Shown here: piece after piece, positions 61,620-64,000 of the stretch
How positions within the stretch are numbered: position 1 is the first letter of the stretch
How the letters are laid out: each line of letters opens with the position of its first letter
DNA from: an uncultured Gemmatimonadales bacterium
Lineage (GTDB): Bacteria > Gemmatimonadota > Gemmatimonadetes > Longimicrobiales > Gaopeijiaceae
NCBI GenBank assembly: GCA_963809895.1
Contig: CAWELD010000003.1
Span: 1,536,001-1,600,000 of the forward strand
DNA: 64,000 nucleotides
Direction of reading: 5' to 3'
Made by a program: the position numbers and the translations under genes
The notes under the pieces: generated by a model
Told to the model about the DNA's origin: nothing
Seen by the model: the letters and a program-made list of their open reading frames with translations, nothing else
The model's database searches: none

Positions 61620-64000
61620 TCTGGACCTGGAAGGGATTGGAGATCGTTCCCAGGTCCTCGTCGTCCTTGGTGAGCCAGAAGAAGTCGTAGGTACCTTCGT
61701 CGAGCGGCGCCATGGAGGGGTCGAAGGTGGCGGTGGCGGTGGCGCGCCGGTATCCCCCCATGTCCTGGATGGAGTAGTTGGCGCGTCCTGTGACGGGCAC
61801 GGCGATCTTCACCGAGTTGTCGAGCTCCACCAGTGCGAACAGCTGTGCCCAGTCGAGGTCGAAGGGATCGCCGCCCGAGCCTCCCGGGATCAGCGCCTCC
61901 AGCGTGTAGTCGGCCGTGGTGGGCACACCGGGGCAGCCGCCTCCCAGGTCGACGCACACCTTCGGGACACCGCTCAGGCCGTGAATCCAGTCCACGGTGG
62001 TGTGCGTGCCCGTGGGCGCGGTGATACCGGTGAGATCGAGGCCCCGCACGGTGAGGTTGTGGCCCACGTCCTTGGCGCCCCAGCGGAGCCCGTTCAGCGG
62101 GTGCCAGGTTCCGGTGGGCGAATAGGGCGGGTCGGCCAGCGTGCCCTGGATCGCCTGCAGGACCGGGTCGAGGGCACCGTTCAACTGGGTCGTGGTGGGG
62201 AAGGTGCCGTCGAAGGCCCGGGACAGGATGGCGAAGTTGCTCAGGTACACCTCGTCACGCCCGTCGTAGGAGTTGCCGAAGGCGCCGTAGGTGAGCTTGA
62301 GGTTGTCGGTGAGGTCCCAGCTCACCTCGAGCCGGGCGCCGATGGAGAGCTGGTCCGGATCCCAGACCAGATCGCCGAGCTCCGGCGGCTCCGGGTCGTA
62401 CACGAAGTGCGTCAGGAGGGTGTTCGAGGGATTCCAGGCCATGTCGAAGCCGCGCAGGCTGGCCGTGTACTCACCCGCTCCTCCGGAGAAGTCGGGCTTG
62501 AACCCCAGGGCCAGCGGCGTATTGAGCCGAATGAACCCGCAACTCCCTCCGAGAAGGTCCCGGTCACGCAGGCCTTCTCGTCGGTGACCCCGTCGTAGTT
62601 CCACTGGAGCTCAGGTCGAACCCGCCCAGGTAGGGGCCCGACGCCCCGCCCACGCCCGGATCGACGGGATCGTCCAGCTCGCCGCCGATGGACCAGGCCG
62701 GATCCGGATTGACGGCGAAGTCCTTGATGTAGGTGGCCCCCACCTTGAGCGAGAGGTCCGGCTTGTCCAGGTCCACGCCAAAGGCCAGGGGCTGCGCCGA
62801 GCCGTCGCGGAGGATCCGGTCACCCCGGAGTCCCGCGCGATCGTAGTAGTCCAGCCGCAGGTAGTTGCTGTAGCCGGCGGTCTGGGCGAGGTCACCGCCG
62901 GTGATCACGGGCGGCAAGGCCTGATCGAAGGGATCGGGGCCCGCGACCCACTGGCTGTAGTCGATGCCCGAGCCCTCATCGCCGAGAAGCGAGGGATCGT
63001 AGCCCGCGTTCGCCTGGGCCCAGGCCGCGAAGTCGGTGTTGGCGCCCACCCAGAAGTTGGCGCCGTAGGTGAGGTCGCCCCCGTAGATGGGAGCGGCCGC
63101 GTCCCAGTTCCACTGGGCCTGGACGTTCAGGCCGCTGCCCAGGTAGTCGGCGTAGGTGTTGCCGATCGTCAGGTCCACGGTGGACGCGTCGGAGAGCGTG
63201 GCGGTGGCACTGGAAAAGGACACGGGACCCGCGTAGCCCTTGATCCCGGCCGGCGACCCGAGGTCGGAGCGAATGATGAAGTCGACCACGCCCCCGATGG
63301 TCGACTGGTTGTAGATGGTGCCCACGGGTTCGGCCACGATCTCCACGGACTCGACCTCGAAGGGGCTCGGGTCGAAGTAGACGAAGCGGCCCGTGAACTG
63401 CCCGTCGCCGACGTTGTAGGTGGTGCCGTTCTGCCCGGTGACGGTGCCGTTCACCGGCACGCCGTCGATGTAGATGAGCGGCGGGTTCCTGAGCGTGAGA
63501 CTCGGGATGCCGCCACCGCCCCGCACGGTGGCTTCGGTGGTATTGCCGTCGACCACCAGACCCGGGGCCAACGTGACGACATCGTTGAGGGTGCGGGCTA
63601 CGGGTGTGTCGTTGATCACTTCCGTGGTGACGGTCGAGACCGGTGTGCCGACCTCTTTCTCCAGCCCACGGAGCGGCCCGGCAGCCGGTGCTCCGCTCGG
63701 TAGCGTGACCTCCTGGCTCGTCACCAGCACGTCGTCGAGGCGCACCTCGATGGTCCCGGTCATCCCCGGAGGGCCCTCCACCGTGAAGTTGGCGATGAAG
63801 ACGCCCGAGACGTCGTCGACGTCCAGGGGATCCCCGTCCAGCGTCTCCAGGCTCTCCAGGTAGAGGGCCGGCGGGGTCTCGGTGACCGTGACGTCGGCCG
63901 AGGCCTCCACGCCGGCCTGACCCGTCACGGCCGCCGTGACCGTAGCCGTCCCCGCGGCCTGCGCCGTGACCAGCCCACCGGCGTCCACCGTGGCCACGCT
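61561..64000 (-). CDS. Large surface protein with Ig-like (Big_2) domain; 5' truncated at the window edge; frameshifts near 62545-62615
   Basis: ATVDAGGLVTAQAAGTATVTA Big_2 motif; ORFs 62564-63997 and 61561-62604 are bridged by ELQWNYDGVTDEKAC in the third frame. Confidence 0.7.

Overview
This is high-GC bacterial chromosomal DNA. The gene content (TonB/ExbBD, DUF4097 clusters, 6-bladed propeller lipoproteins, a DnaA-like/DUF4388 pair, cdaA after folP) suggests Gemmatimonadota, which is an inference. The left part holds mraZ, a TPR protein, thiO, an ECF sigma/anti-sigma/3x DUF4097 cluster, a GDPD, a histidine kinase, mobAB-fdhD, a CHAD protein and blaI/blaR-like genes. The centre is a ~17.7 kb integrative island (19153-36866) in tRNA-Val(TAC), bounded by a 50-bp direct repeat that, unusually, copies the 5' half of the tRNA. 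The island carries an integrase/excisionase, phage-like remnants, a second tyrosine recombinase, a HEPN-motif protein, an IS3 scar and a beta-propeller cassette. Most notably, it carries a tightly coupled four-gene CBASS-like operon with two different nucleotidyltransferases (CdnD-like cyclase, lone E2, NucC, OAS-like NTase), preceded by a pair of NrdR-box-like operators overlapping its putative -35. The right part is a housekeeping block (sigma-54 regulator, peptidase MA, DUF4388-TPR, tandem DnaA-like ATPase, rluA, ileS, divIVA, yggS, tonB-exbD-exbD-exbB, cdaA, folP, ftsH, hpt, tilS). A single-base frameshift in the essential gene ileS suggests assembly indel errors, so pseudogene calls here are provisional. 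All family assignments come from motif recognition by eye, not database searches.
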